From assembly GCA_964036045.1 (NCBI GenBank), contig OZ038378.1:198834001-198898000 (forward strand): 64,000 nt of DNA, in the 5' to 3' direction. Shown here piece after piece: positions 11,928-23,406 of this stretch; positions within the stretch are counted from its first letter, which is position 1; each line of letters opens with the position of its first letter. The DNA is from Eutreptiella sp. 'Long Island Sound 2002'. Taxonomy: Eukaryota; Protista; Euglenida. The notes under the pieces are model-generated. The model made no database searches. It had not been told where the DNA came from and was given only the letters and a program-made list of their open reading frames with translations. The position numbers and the translations under genes were made by a program.

Positions 11928-12960
11928 TTGTGGTGCAAGCTCCCCGTGGGAACATGGCTAGCTAACTGGCTTCTGCATAACAGGCACTGCCGCACCGAGG
12001 GCAAATCAAAAGATGTCCAGCACACGCTCACGCAATGTCTGTTTCCCCCCCCGGCATTCAGAGTAGCAACCCGCTGCATGGGCCCAGCAGTCCTGGACGA
12101 TACGGCTGAGTCGGACCCACATGTAATCCTCTGGGACATGCCGGCCCTCTCATTGCAAACCCCCCTAGGCTTAGTGTTCTGGACGGCAATCATGGCCAAC
12201 TGGAACGTGCCCAACGCAGGCAAGTTCAGGACGCCCCCCCCACACACATGGGACATATTCCTCAGTTTGTGGCTGTGCATCCTTGCATGATGGTTTGACC
12301 ATCAAGCCGCCACCCTCCCTACACGGGAGGTGCGGGACCTGCATGCAGCCATCACTACCCTGAAAGACACAGGAGCACTTCAGCATCCCAGGCGGCTACA
12401 AGTCCAGCCCCCACCCCCGTCTGCGCAAGCCCCGCCCCCCCAAAAAAAGGAAAAAGGACTTGCACGGCCATGGCAGCCACCCACCAGAAAGTCATTGACG
12501 AGCATTCGCATGAGGGATGGGAAATAATATACACGGATGGCTCTTGGGTGATACCCGGAGGTAGGGATGGTGGGAGGATACGAGGTGTATTTTGGGGACC
12601 ATAGGGACACGGCTCGCTGTGTCCCCACCAAAGACAAACACACCAATAGGGGGGAGCTCCTGGCAGCCCTGCACGCAATTCGCCACCGCAACCCACAGCG
12701 GCCCACCTTGATTTGCTCAAGACTCAACAAGAGTTGGTGATAATGGGCGCCACAGGGAAAGCCAGCAAATGGAAGAGACATGAATGGGAGGGCTCGCGGT
12801 GGCCGGTCGGCCACATCCACCTATGGGAGCAAATACTGCAGGAGATAGCGTTAGTGGGACACATGTGAAGTGGATGCATGCCCCCTCGCACGTGGGCATC
12901 CCGGGTAACACCAAAGCAGACACACTAGCAGGTATGGGACGCAGACGGTCGCCGCTCCTC
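11928..12960 (+). mobile_element. Decayed non-LTR retrotransposon 3' part: Zn-knuckle-like region plus RNase H
   Basis: Frameshifted RNase H motifs in the correct order: WEIIYTDGS (~12518-12544), TNRGELLAALHAI, LICS-DS, WMHAPSHVGIPGNTKADTLA (~12870-12930). Upstream lie WCKLPVG and CRTEGKSKDVQHTLTQCLF (11988-12045). Confidence 0.75.
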
Positions 12961-14337
12961 AGGGGGTATGCGACTGCCAGCCACCACATGCCCTGCCCCG
13001 CCAGCCACACAAAGAGGAAGAGCCGGAGTCAGAATCGGACTTCTATGAGGCCCCCCTATGGTCCCCAGAGGAACAAGGGGGGGTGGGGTCAGGGCCGCAC
13101 ACACCGGCGCCCAATCGAAGGGTGCATGCAGAGACTAAACCCAGCCACCCCGATCATAGATGTAGAGGACTGCACCAAAGTCAAAATGCACCACTTCATG
13201 GTGCCAATGCGGTGTTGAAGGATGTTGATGGTGCACAAAGGGCCTACCAATGTTCGCCTTCATCATTATTCATCACCACAAGGGTCCCCAAGGCAATACA
13301 TGGCACTCGAAATGGGCAAAAGAAAGTGTGTCTTCGAAAACCAGGTGCTCTGGGCAGGGCAGTGGTTGGGCAGCCTAGCAAAAATGTCAAGAAATGCCAA
13401 AACCGCCTTCTTTTTGGCACTGCCATGTATCCATGTAATGTACATGGCGTGTTTCAGGAAGGGGCCAGTTGCATAGATGTTGAAAAAAAACACTTTGGGG
13501 CCATGTTTGGTAGTGTGTGGACCCAATGAGCAGCCTCAATAAAGTGGCTGTCATGCACATACAACAACACATCTAAGCAAAACACACAAAAATGCAGCAA
13601 TCCCCGTGTTTTCAGCCCCTGCCGGGGCACGATGCCGGCCAGGCCATGGTCTCGTCTGGAGTAGTGTGGGCTAGAGCAGCTTGAAGGGGGGTCTCAATGG
13701 TCAGATGTGGACCCGCCACTTATCTCCAGCCGTGCCTGCCCCACGGCCTTCGTTGCCTTCAATGTTCCGATCATGTTCGTGTCTCTTGGACAGTGCCATC
13801 CAGTGCCATTCCCTCACCTCCCTGAATAGGGCTAGGGTCGGCGATGGTCTATTGGGTTCTGGGCATTGTCGCCTGGACTGTGTTTGGGCGTGGCAGTTTG
13901 AGATTGTTCCACTTTGGTTTTCACCTCACTGCTGGCATGCTTGCTACTGCTGGCCCCTTTCGGCCACACACCGCGGTTTCCGTTATATCCCGGCTCCTGG
14001 GGGGTACGGGGTGGTCAGCGGTCAGCCACACTGGGCGCTGTAATCGACCCTGGCAATTTAGGGGTCCTGAGGATTGAAAAACCCCAGTGGGTACAGGCGT
14101 ATTGGAGGTCAGCATACAACCATACAGAGAGTTGGGCATGTGTGTTGTGCGTGTGTGTCATGGTGTGTAGAATAGTTGTCGTTGGGCGTCCGGTGTGACA
14201 ACTTGGACCCTTCTGTGCTGCAAGAGAGAGTGGAGGCTGTGGCCGGTGAGTGCTGTACCGGCACCTCTTCGTCTCGGCCAATGGGGGAGATGGACCCTGG
14301 GAACAGCATTTAGCGTGTGGTGCACTTGGGGGTTCCC

Positions 14338-14449
14338 GTTCTCGGCGAAGATCGCCCTGGAGCGCCAGCGCGTGGCCGGCATGCTCCTGCCCGTCGAAAA
14401 ATACGGTCTCTTGGAGGCTGGTGTGCAGGTCTGCACCTGCCAGGGTAGG
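14338..14449 (+). CDS. Putative exon fragment, product unknown
   Basis: GC3-rich codons (FSAKIALERQRVAGMLLPVEKYGLLEAGVQ). Phase-0 GT donors at 14429 (CAG|GTCTGC) and 14450 (AGG|GTAACT) both join 14913 in frame. The 5' boundary was not found. Confidence 0.35.
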
Positions 14450-14912
14450 GTAACTAGGTGACCAAGTGGGTCCAGAACTGGTGAAACATGATTTTTCGAT
14501 GGTAGTCCCCAGAATACCTGGAGTGCCCAAACAAGTGATTTTAGGCCATTTCGAGCTAATTTTGACCCATGTTAACCCCTGCATGTTGCCAAAAGGCCCT
14601 GAAAAGGGCCATTTGGAGCCTGAAAAGGGGTCGAAAAAGGGCGAAACGCGTGTTTTTCCAACAGTGTTCCGAGAACGCTTGGGATGCTCAAACAAGCGTT
14701 TTGGAGCTGTGTCAAGCTACTTTGCCCATTTTTCGCTTGCACAAATGTCAAAACAGCCCAGATCTTTAGGTCAGGTCCTTCCATCCCCAGCAGACAGCAA
14801 TCTCTGCAGAGTACATGTTCTGGGTTGGGGGGTGAAGGAGATGCATCACAGCCTCCTGCAGTGCAGACAAGAGCTGCTCACACAATTGCTGTTGCTCTCT
14901 CATTCGTGCCAG

Positions 14913-15326
14913 GGCGACCCCTCGCCACCGCCATCGGAGGTCTTCATCTTCAGCCGCAACTTATCGTTAGAAGGGGACGACCCGACGCGCAATAACTCCC
15001 TCAGCGGCTACCAATCGGACCTGCAAGCCCAGCTCTCAGGCCTTCGGAAGGACGGCTCGCAGTACTCCAGCTTCGGGTCGCCCTTGCATTTCCGCAGCTC
15101 GAGTCTTGCCCGCACGGACTCAGATGCAGTGCAATCTGGCACCCCCCTGCCACACTACAATGGCCTGCAGCGCCCACCCTCCCCGCTGCGGCTGCGGCAG
15201 CCGCCACCTGCACCCTCTACCCGCTTCTCCAACGATGTGCCCCCCTCGAACTCCCCTTTGCAGCCGTGGCCGCAGCATCAGAGCCCCCTGCGGACTTTCA
15301 ATGACACAGCTCGGAAATTCTCTTGA
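14913..15326 (+). CDS. Putative terminal exon, Ser/Pro-rich
   Basis: Acceptor ctctctcattcgtgccAG at 14911-14912. The open frame runs GDPSPPPSEVFIFSRNLSL...RKFS to TGA at 15324-15326. Confidence 0.45.
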   Translation, partial: GDPSPPPSEVFIFSRNLSLEGDDPTRNNSLSGYQSDLQAQLSGLRKDGSQYSSFGSPLHFRSSSLARTDSDAVQSGTPLPHYNGLQRPPSPLRLRQPPPAPSTRFSNDVPPSNSPLQPWPQHQSPLRTFNDTARKFS

Positions 15327-15574
15327 CGCCCCCAGCACCCCCCCCCCCTTGCAAAAGTTCAGATGAATGCTGTACGTTTAGAAGAGCTCACTGTACATAA
15401 TTTCGATGTTGGGAGCATGGACTCTAACGGGACTGAGCATCTACGGTTCGAGAACGCTATTGCCCTGCTGCAGACCCGCTCTATGTTGTTGAATGTGTTT
15501 GCGGGGGCCCTGCAAAAGTTACGGAGGTTCTGTGGTTGACTCCTACCTCTACCCTTACTGATCATCCCCGCATG

Positions 15575-15675
15575 GTTTGGCGTGGCATGGCGTGGCGTGG
15601 TGTGGTACGATGCGGTGCGGTGTGGTGCAGTGTTGTGTGGGTTTGGTGCGGTGTGGTCTGGTGCGGTGTGGTGTG
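15575..15675. repeat. Degenerate 5-mer (GTGTG/GTGCG-type) repeat leading into the satellite leader
   Basis: cgtggcatggcgtggcgtggtgtggtacgatgcggtgcggtgtgg, read directly. Confidence 0.8.
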
Positions 15676-15977
15676 CCGAAGGCGCTGTTACCAAAAGGCA
15701 AAGGCCGGGATGTCTACCCACGGGTACAGGTAAACGGGCTGGGCTGTGTGTGTTGTGTGCGCGCTGTGTGTAAGTGTGTTGTGGCATAGCCGGACCAGTG
15801 CACTCTCGCACTTGGCCGACACTGCCTTGCCGACGCCTGCGCGCAGTCACACAGGGTCTCATTTGCCCACTGCACCCTGCGTGCCGCGCTGCACCATCAG
15901 TGCCTTCTGCGTGGTGCCGCACTGCTTGGTGCTCTGCACCACACTGCACTGTGTGTGCCCTGCTGCACTGTTGTTGT

Positions 15978-18900
15978 GGGCAGGGGGCAGTGGGCAGTGG
16001 AACTCCTGCAATGCACTGCCGCACTGCCTGGGGGCAGTGGGCAGTGGACCTCCTGCAATGCACTGCCCCACTGCCTGGGGGCAGTGGGCAGTGCAATTCC
16101 TGCAATGCACTGCCTCACTGCCCGGGGGCAGTGGGCAGTGCAACTCCTGCAATACACTGCCCCACTGCCTTGGGGCAGTGGGCAGTGGACCTCCTTCAAT
16201 ACACCGCCTCACTGCCTGGGGGCAGTGGGCAGTGGACCTCCTGCAATACACTGCCGCACTGCCTGGGGGCAGTGGGCAGTGGACCTCCTTCAATGCACTG
16301 CTCCACTGCCTGGGGGCAGTGGGCAGTGGACCTCCCGCAACACACTGCCTCACTGCCTGGGGGCAGTGGGCAGTGGACTTCCTTCAATGCACTGCCCCAC
16401 TGCCTGGGGGCAGTGGGCAGTGCAACTCCTGCAATACACGGCCGCATTGCCTGGGGGCAGTGGGTAGTGCAACTCCTGCAATGCATTGCCTCACTGCCCT
16501 CGGGCAGTAGGCAGTGGAACTCCTGCAATGCACTGCCTCACTGCCTGGGGGCAGTGGGTAGTGCAACTCCTGCAATGCACTACCTCACTGCCCTGGGGCA
16601 GTGGGCAGTGGAACTCCTGCAACACACTGCCGCACCGCCTGGGGGCAGCGGGCAGTGGAACTCCTGCAATGCACTGCCTCACTGCCTGGGGGCAGTGGGC
16701 AGTGGAACTCCTGCAATAACCGGGCGCACCGGCCTGGGGGGACGGGGAGCCCAGCCCAGGGGGTGGTCGGAACCTCCTGCAAGGCTCATGGGGAGCCATC
16801 ATCTTCCAATAACCGGGCGCACCGGCCTGGGGGGGACGGGGAGTCCAGCCCAGGGGGTGGTCGGAGCCTCCTGCCAGGGCCAATTGGGGGCCATCTTCTT
16901 CAGAGAACCGGGCGCACCGGCCCGGGGGGGACGGGGAGTCCTGCCCAGGGGGTGTTCGGAGTCTCCTGCCAGGCCAATGGGGGGCCATCTTCTTCAGAGA
17001 ACCGGGCGCACCGGCCCGGGGGGGACGGGGAGTCCTGCCCAGGGGGTGTTCGGAGTCTCCTGCCAGGCCAATGGGGGGCCATCTTCTTCAGTGAACCGGG
17101 CGCACCGGCCCGGGGGGGACGGGGAGTCCTGCCCAGGGGGTGTTCGGATCCTCCTGCCAGGGCAACGGGGGGCCATCTTCTTCAGAGAACCGGGCGCACC
17201 GGCCTGGGGGGGACGGGGAGTCCTGCCCAGGGGGTGTTCGGAGTCTCCTGCAAGGCCAGTGGGGGGCCATCTTCTTCAGAGAACCGGGCGCACCGGCCCG
17301 GGGGGGACGGGGAGTCCTGCCCAGGGGGTGTTCGGAGTCTCCTGCCAGGCCAATGGGGGGCCATCTTCTTTAGAGAACCGGGCGCACCGGCCCGGGGGGG
17401 ACGGGGAGTCCTGCCCAGGGGGTGTTCGGAGTCTCCTGCAAGGCCAGTGGGGGGCTATCTTCTTCAGTGGGCAGTGGAACTCCTGCAATGCACTGCCCCA
17501 CCGCTTGGGGGCAGTGGACAGTGCAACTCCTGCAATGCACTGCCTCACTGTCCCAGAGCAGTGGGCAGTGGAACTCCTGCAATGCACTACCTCACTGCCC
17601 TGGGGCAGTGGGCAGTGGAACTCTTGCAATGCACTGCCTCACTGCCTGGGGGCAGCGGACAGTGCAACCTCTGCAATGCACTGCCTCACTGCCCTGGGTC
17701 AGTGGGCAGTGCAACTCCTGCAATACACTGCCGCACTGCCTTGCAACTCCAACTCCTGCCACGCACTGCCTCACTGCCTGGGGGCAGTGGGCGGTGCAAC
17801 TTCTACAATGCACGGCCTCACTGCCTGGGGGCAGTGGGCAGTGCAACTCCTGCAATGCACTGCCTCAGTGCCTTGGGGGCAGTGGGAAGTGGAAGTCCTG
17901 CAATGCACTGCCTCACTGCCTGGGGGCAGTGGGCAGTGGAACTCCTGCAATGCACCGCCTCAACGCCTGGGGGCAGTGGGCAGTGCAACTCCTGCAATGC
18001 ACTGCCTCACTGCCCTGGGGGCAGTGGACAGCGGAACTCCTGCAATGCACTGCCTCACTGCCTGGGGGCAGTGGGCAGTGGAACTCCTGCAATGCACTGC
18101 CTCACTGCCTGGGGGCAGTGGGCAGTGCAACTTCTACAATGCACGGCCTCACTGCCTGGGGGCAGTGGGCAGTGCAACTCCTGCAATGCACTGCCTCAGT
18201 GCCTTGGGGGCAGTGGGAAGTGGAAGTCCTGCAATGCACTGCCTCACTGCCTGGGGGCAGTGGGCAGTGGAACTCCTGCAATGCACCGCCTCAACGCCTG
18301 GGGGCAGTGGGCAGTGCAACTCCTGCAATGCACTGCCTCACTGCCCTGGGGGCAGTGGACAGCGGAACTCCTGCAATGCACTGCCTCACTGCCTGGGGGC
18401 AGTGGGCAGTGGAACTCCTGCAATGCACTGCCTCACTGCCTGGGGGCAGTGGGCAGTGCAACTCCTGCAATGCACCGTCTCACTGCCCTGGGGCAGTGGG
18501 CAGTGAAACTCCCGCTATGCACCACCTCACTGCTTGGGGGCAGCGGGCAGTGGAACTCCTGCAATGCACTGCCCCACTGCCTGGGGGCAGCGGGCAGTGG
18601 AACTCCTGCAATGCACCGCCTCACTGCCCTGGGGGCAGTGGGCAGTGCAACTCCTGCAACGCACTGCCTCACTGCCTGGGGGCAGTGGGCAGTGCAGCTC
18701 CTGCAATACACTGCCGCACTGCTTGGGGGCAGTGGGCAGCGCAACTCCTGCAACGCACTGCCGCACTGGCTTGGGGGCAGTGGGCAGTGGACCTCCGGCA
18801 ATACACTGCCGCACTGCCTGGGGGCAGTGAGCAGTGCAGCTCCTGCATTACTCTGCCCCACTGCCTGGGGGCAGTGGACAGTGCAACTCCTGCAACGCAC

Positions 18901-21900
18901 TGCCTCACTGTCTGGGGGCAGTGGGCAGCGGAACTCCTGCAATGCACTGCCTCACTGCCTGGGGGCAGTGGGCAGTGGAACTCCTGCAATGCACTGCCCC
19001 ACTGCCTGGGGGTATTGGGCAGTGCAACTTCTGCAATACACTGCCGCACTGCCTGGGGGCAGCGGGCAGCGCAACTCCTGCAATGCACTGCCTCACTGCC
19101 CTGGGGCAGTGGGCAGTGCAACTCCTGCAATGCACTGCCTCACTGCCTGGGGGCAGTGGGCAGTGCAACTCCTGCAATGCACTGCCTCACTGCCTGGGGG
19201 CAGTGGGCAGCGCAACTCCTGCAATGGGTGGTCGGAGTGTAGTGCCTGGCCTGTGGGGATGTACTACTGGGCGCACCGGCCTGGGGGGATGGGGAGTCCA
19301 ACCCAGGGGGCGGTCGGGGCATCCTTCAGGGCCCATGGGGGGCCATCATCTTCGGAGAACCGGGCGCACCGGCCTGGGGGGGACGGGGAGTCCAGGCCAG
19401 GGGGTGGTCGGAGTGTAGTGCAGGGCCCATGGGGAGGCGTCATCTGCTAATAACCGGGCGCACCGGCCTGGGGGGGACAGGGAGCCCAGCCCAGGGGGTG
19501 GTCGGAGCCTCCTGCCAGGGCCAATGGGGGGCCATCTTCTTCAGAGAACCGGGCGCACCGGCCCGGGGGGGACGGGGAGTCCTGCCCAGGGGGTGTTCGG
19601 ATCCTCTTGCCAGGCCAATGGGGGGCCATCTTCTTCAGAGAACCGGGCGCACCGGCCCGGGGGGGACGGGGAGTCCTGCCCAGGGGGTGTTCGGAGTCTC
19701 CTGCCAGGCCAATGGGGGGCCATCTTCTTCAGAGAACCGGGCGCACCGGCCCGGGGGGGACGGGGAGTCCTGCCCAGGGGGTGTTCGGATCCTCCTGCCA
19801 GGGCAATGGGGGGCCATCTTCTTCAGAGAACCGGGCGCACCGGCCTGGGGGGGACGGGGAGTCCTGCCCAAGGGGTGTTCGGATCCTCCTGCCAGGGCAA
19901 TGGGGGGCCATCTTCTTCAGAGAACCGGGCGCACCGGCCCGGGGGGGACGGGGAGTCCTGCCCAGGGGGTGTTCGGAGTCTCCTGCCAGGCCAATGGGGG
20001 GCCATCTTCTTTTGAGAACCGGGCGCACCGGCCCGGGGGGGACGGGGAGTCCTGCCCAGGGGGTGTTCGGAGTCTCCTGCAAGGCCAGTGGGGGGCCATC
20101 TTCTTCAGTGGGCAGTGGAACTCCTGCAATGCACTGCCCCACTGCTTGGGGGCAGTGGACAGTGCAACTCCTGCAATGCACTGCCTCACTGTCCCAGAGC
20201 AGTGGGCAGTGGAACTCTTGCAATGCACTGCCTCACTGCCTGGGGGCAGCGGACAGTGCAACCTCTGCAATGCACTGCCTCACTGCCCTGGGTCAGTGGG
20301 CAGTGCAACTCCTGCAATACACTGCCGCACTGCCTGGGGGCAGTGGGCAGTGCAACTCCTGCAATGCAATGCCTCACTGCCTGGGGGCAGTGGGCAGTGC
20401 AACTCCAACTCCTGCCACGCACTGCCTCACTGCCTGGGGGCAGTGGGCGGTGCAACTTCTACAATGCACTGCCGCACTGCCTGGGGGCAGTGGGCAGTGC
20501 AACTCCTGCAATGCACTGCCTCAGTGCCCTGGGGGCAGTGGGAAGTTGAAGTCCTGCAATGCACTGCCTCACTGCCTGGGGGCAGTGGGCAGTGCAACTC
20601 CTGCAATGCACTGCCTCACAGCCTGGGGGCAGTGGGCCGTGGAACTCCTGCAATGCACCGCCTCAACGCCTGGGGGCAGTGGGCAGTGCAACTCCTGCAA
20701 CGCACTGCCTCACTGCCCTGGGGGCAGTGGACAGTGCAACTCCTGCAATGCACTGCCTCGCTGCCTGGGGGCAGTGGGCGGTGCAACTCCTGCAATGCAC
20801 CGCCGCACTGCCTGGGGGCAGTGGGCGGTGCAACTCCTGCAATGCACTGCCTCACTGCCCTGGGGCAGTGGGCAGCGGAACTCCCGCAATGCACTCCTGC
20901 AATGCACTGCCTCACTGCCTGGGGGCAGTGGGCAGTGCAACTCCTGCAATGGGTGGTCGGAGTGTAGTGCCGGGCCTGTCGGGATGTACTACTGGGCGCA
21001 CCGGCCTGGGGGGATGGGGAGTCCAACCCAGGGGGTGGTCGGGGCATCCTTCAGGGCCTATGGGGGGCCATCATCTTCGGAGAACCGGGCGCACCGGCCT
21101 GGGGGGGACGGGGAGTCCAGGCCAGGGGGTGGTCGGAGCCTCCTGCCAGGGCCAATGGGGGGCCATCTTCTTCAGAGAACCGGGCGCACCGGCCTGGGGG
21201 GGACGGGGAGTCCTGCCCAGGGGGTGTTCGGAGTCTCCTGCCAGGCCAATGGGGGGCCATCTTCTTCAGAGAACCGGGCGCACCGGCCCGGGGGGGGCGG
21301 GGAGTCCTGCCCAGGGGGTGTTCGGAGTCTCCTGCCAGGCCAACGGGGGGCCATCTTCTTCAGAGAACCGGGCGCACCGGCCCGGGGGGGACGGGGAGTC
21401 CTGCCCAGGGGGCGTTCGGATCCTCCTGCCAGGGCAATGGGGGGCCATCTTCTTCAGAGAACCGGGCGCACCGGCCTGGGGGGGACGGGGAGTCCTGCCC
21501 AGGGGGTGTTCGGAGTCTCCTGCAAGGCCAGTGGGGGGCCATTTTCTTCAGAGAACCGGGCGCACCGGCCCGGGGGGGACGGGGAGTCCTGCCCAGGGGG
21601 TGTTCGGAGTCTCCTGCCAGGCCAATGGGGGGCCATCTTCATCATGCACTACCTCACTGCCCTGGGGCAGTGGGCAGTGGAACTCTTGCAATGCACTGCC
21701 TCACTGCCTGGGGGCAGCGGACAGTGCAACCTCTGCAATGCACTGCCTCACTGCCCTGGGTCAGTGGGCAGTGCAACTCCTGCAATACACTGCCGCACTG
21801 CCTGGGGGCAGTGGGCAGTGCAACTCCAGCAATGCAATGCCTCACTGCCTGGGGGCAGTGGGCAGTGCAACTCCAACTCCTGCCACGCACTGCCTCACTG

Positions 21901-23406
21901 TCTGGGGGCAGTGGGCGGTGCAACTTCTACAATGCACGGCCTCACTGCCTGGGGGCAGTGGGCAGTGCAACTCCCGCAATGCACTGCCTCAGTGCCCTGG
22001 GGGCAGTGGGAAGTGGAACTCCTGCAATGCACTGCCCCACTGCCTGGGGGTATTGGGCAGTGCATCTTCTGCAATACACTGCCGCACTGCCTGGGGGCAG
22101 TGGGCAGTGGAACTCCTGCAATGCACTGCCTCACTGCCCTGGGGCAGTGGGCAGCGGAACTCCTGCAACGCACTGCCTCACTGCCTGGGAGCAGTGGGCA
22201 GTGCAACTCCTGCAATGCACTGCCTCACTGCCTGGGGGCAATGGGCAGTGCAACTCCTGCAATGGGTGGTCGGATTGTAGTGCCGGGCCTGTGGGGATGT
22301 ACTACTGGGCGCACCGGCCTGGGGGGATGGGGAGTCCAACCCAGGGGGTGGTCGGGGCATCCTTCAGGGCCCATGGGGGGCCATCATCTTCGGAGAACCG
22401 GGCGCACCGGCCTGGGGGGGACGGGGAGTCCAGGCCAGGGGGTGGTCGGAGCCTCCTGCAGGGCCCATGGGGAGGCGTCATCTGCTAATAACCGGGCGCA
22501 CCGGCCTGGGGGGGACGGGGAGCCCAGCCCAGGGGGTGGTCAGAACCTCCTGCAAGGCCCATGGGGAGCCATCATCTTCCAATAACCGGGCGCACCGGCC
22601 TGGGGGGGACGGGGAGTCCAGCCCAGGGGGTGGTCGGAGCCTCCTGCCAGGGCCAATGGGGGGCCATCTTCTTCAGAGAACCGGGCGCACCGGCCCGGGG
22701 GGGACGGGGAGTCCTGCCCAGGGGGTGTTCGGAGTCTCCTGCCAGGCCAAGGGGGGGCCATCTTCTTCAGAGAACCGGGCGCACCGGCCCGGGGGGGACG
22801 GGGAGTCCTGCCCAGGGGGTGTTCGGAGTCTCCTGCCAGGCCAATGGGGGGCCATCTTCTTCAGAGAACCGGGCGCACCGGCCCGGGGGGGATGGGGAGT
22901 CCTGTCCAGGGGGTGTTCGGAGTCTCCTGCCAGGCCAATGGGGGGCCATCTTCTTCAGAGAACCGGGCGCACCGGCCCGGGGGGGACGGGGAGTCCTGCC
23001 CAGGGGGTGTTCGGAGTCTCCTGCCAGGCCAATGGGGGGCCATCTTCTTCAGAGAACCGGGCGCACCGGCCCGGGGGGGACGGGGAGTCCTGCCCAGGGG
23101 GTGTTCGGAGTCTCCTGCCAGGCCAATGGGGGGCCATCTCCTTCAGAGAACCGGGCGCACCGGCCCGGGGGGGACGGGGAGTCCTGCCCAGGGGGTGTTC
23201 GGAGTCTCCTGCCAGGCCAATGGGGGGCCATCTTCTTCAGAGAACCGGGCGCACCGGCCCGGGGGGGACAGGGAGTCCTGCCCAGGGGGTGTTCGGAGTC
23301 TCCTGCCAGGCCAAGGGGGGGCCATCTTCTTCAGAGAACCGGGCGCACCGGCCTGGGGGGGACGGGGAGCCCAGCCCAGGGGGTGTTCGGAGTCTCCTGC
23401 CAGGCC
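15978..23406. repeat. Composite satellite of alternating 47-bp (A) and 94-bp (B) unit blocks
   Basis: A = ggcagtgggcagtggaactcctgcaatgcactgcctcactgcctggg; period 47 checked at 19081/19128/19175. B period 94 checked at 22921/23015 and by ORF spacing. Approximate block starts: A 15978, B 16718, A 17465, B 19226, A 20106, B 20951, A 21644, B 22264. Confidence 0.97.

Noticed and set aside
15978-19225. CRISPR-like array (palindromic repeats)
   Set aside because: The units abut with no unique spacers, no cas genes are present, and the context is eukaryotic.
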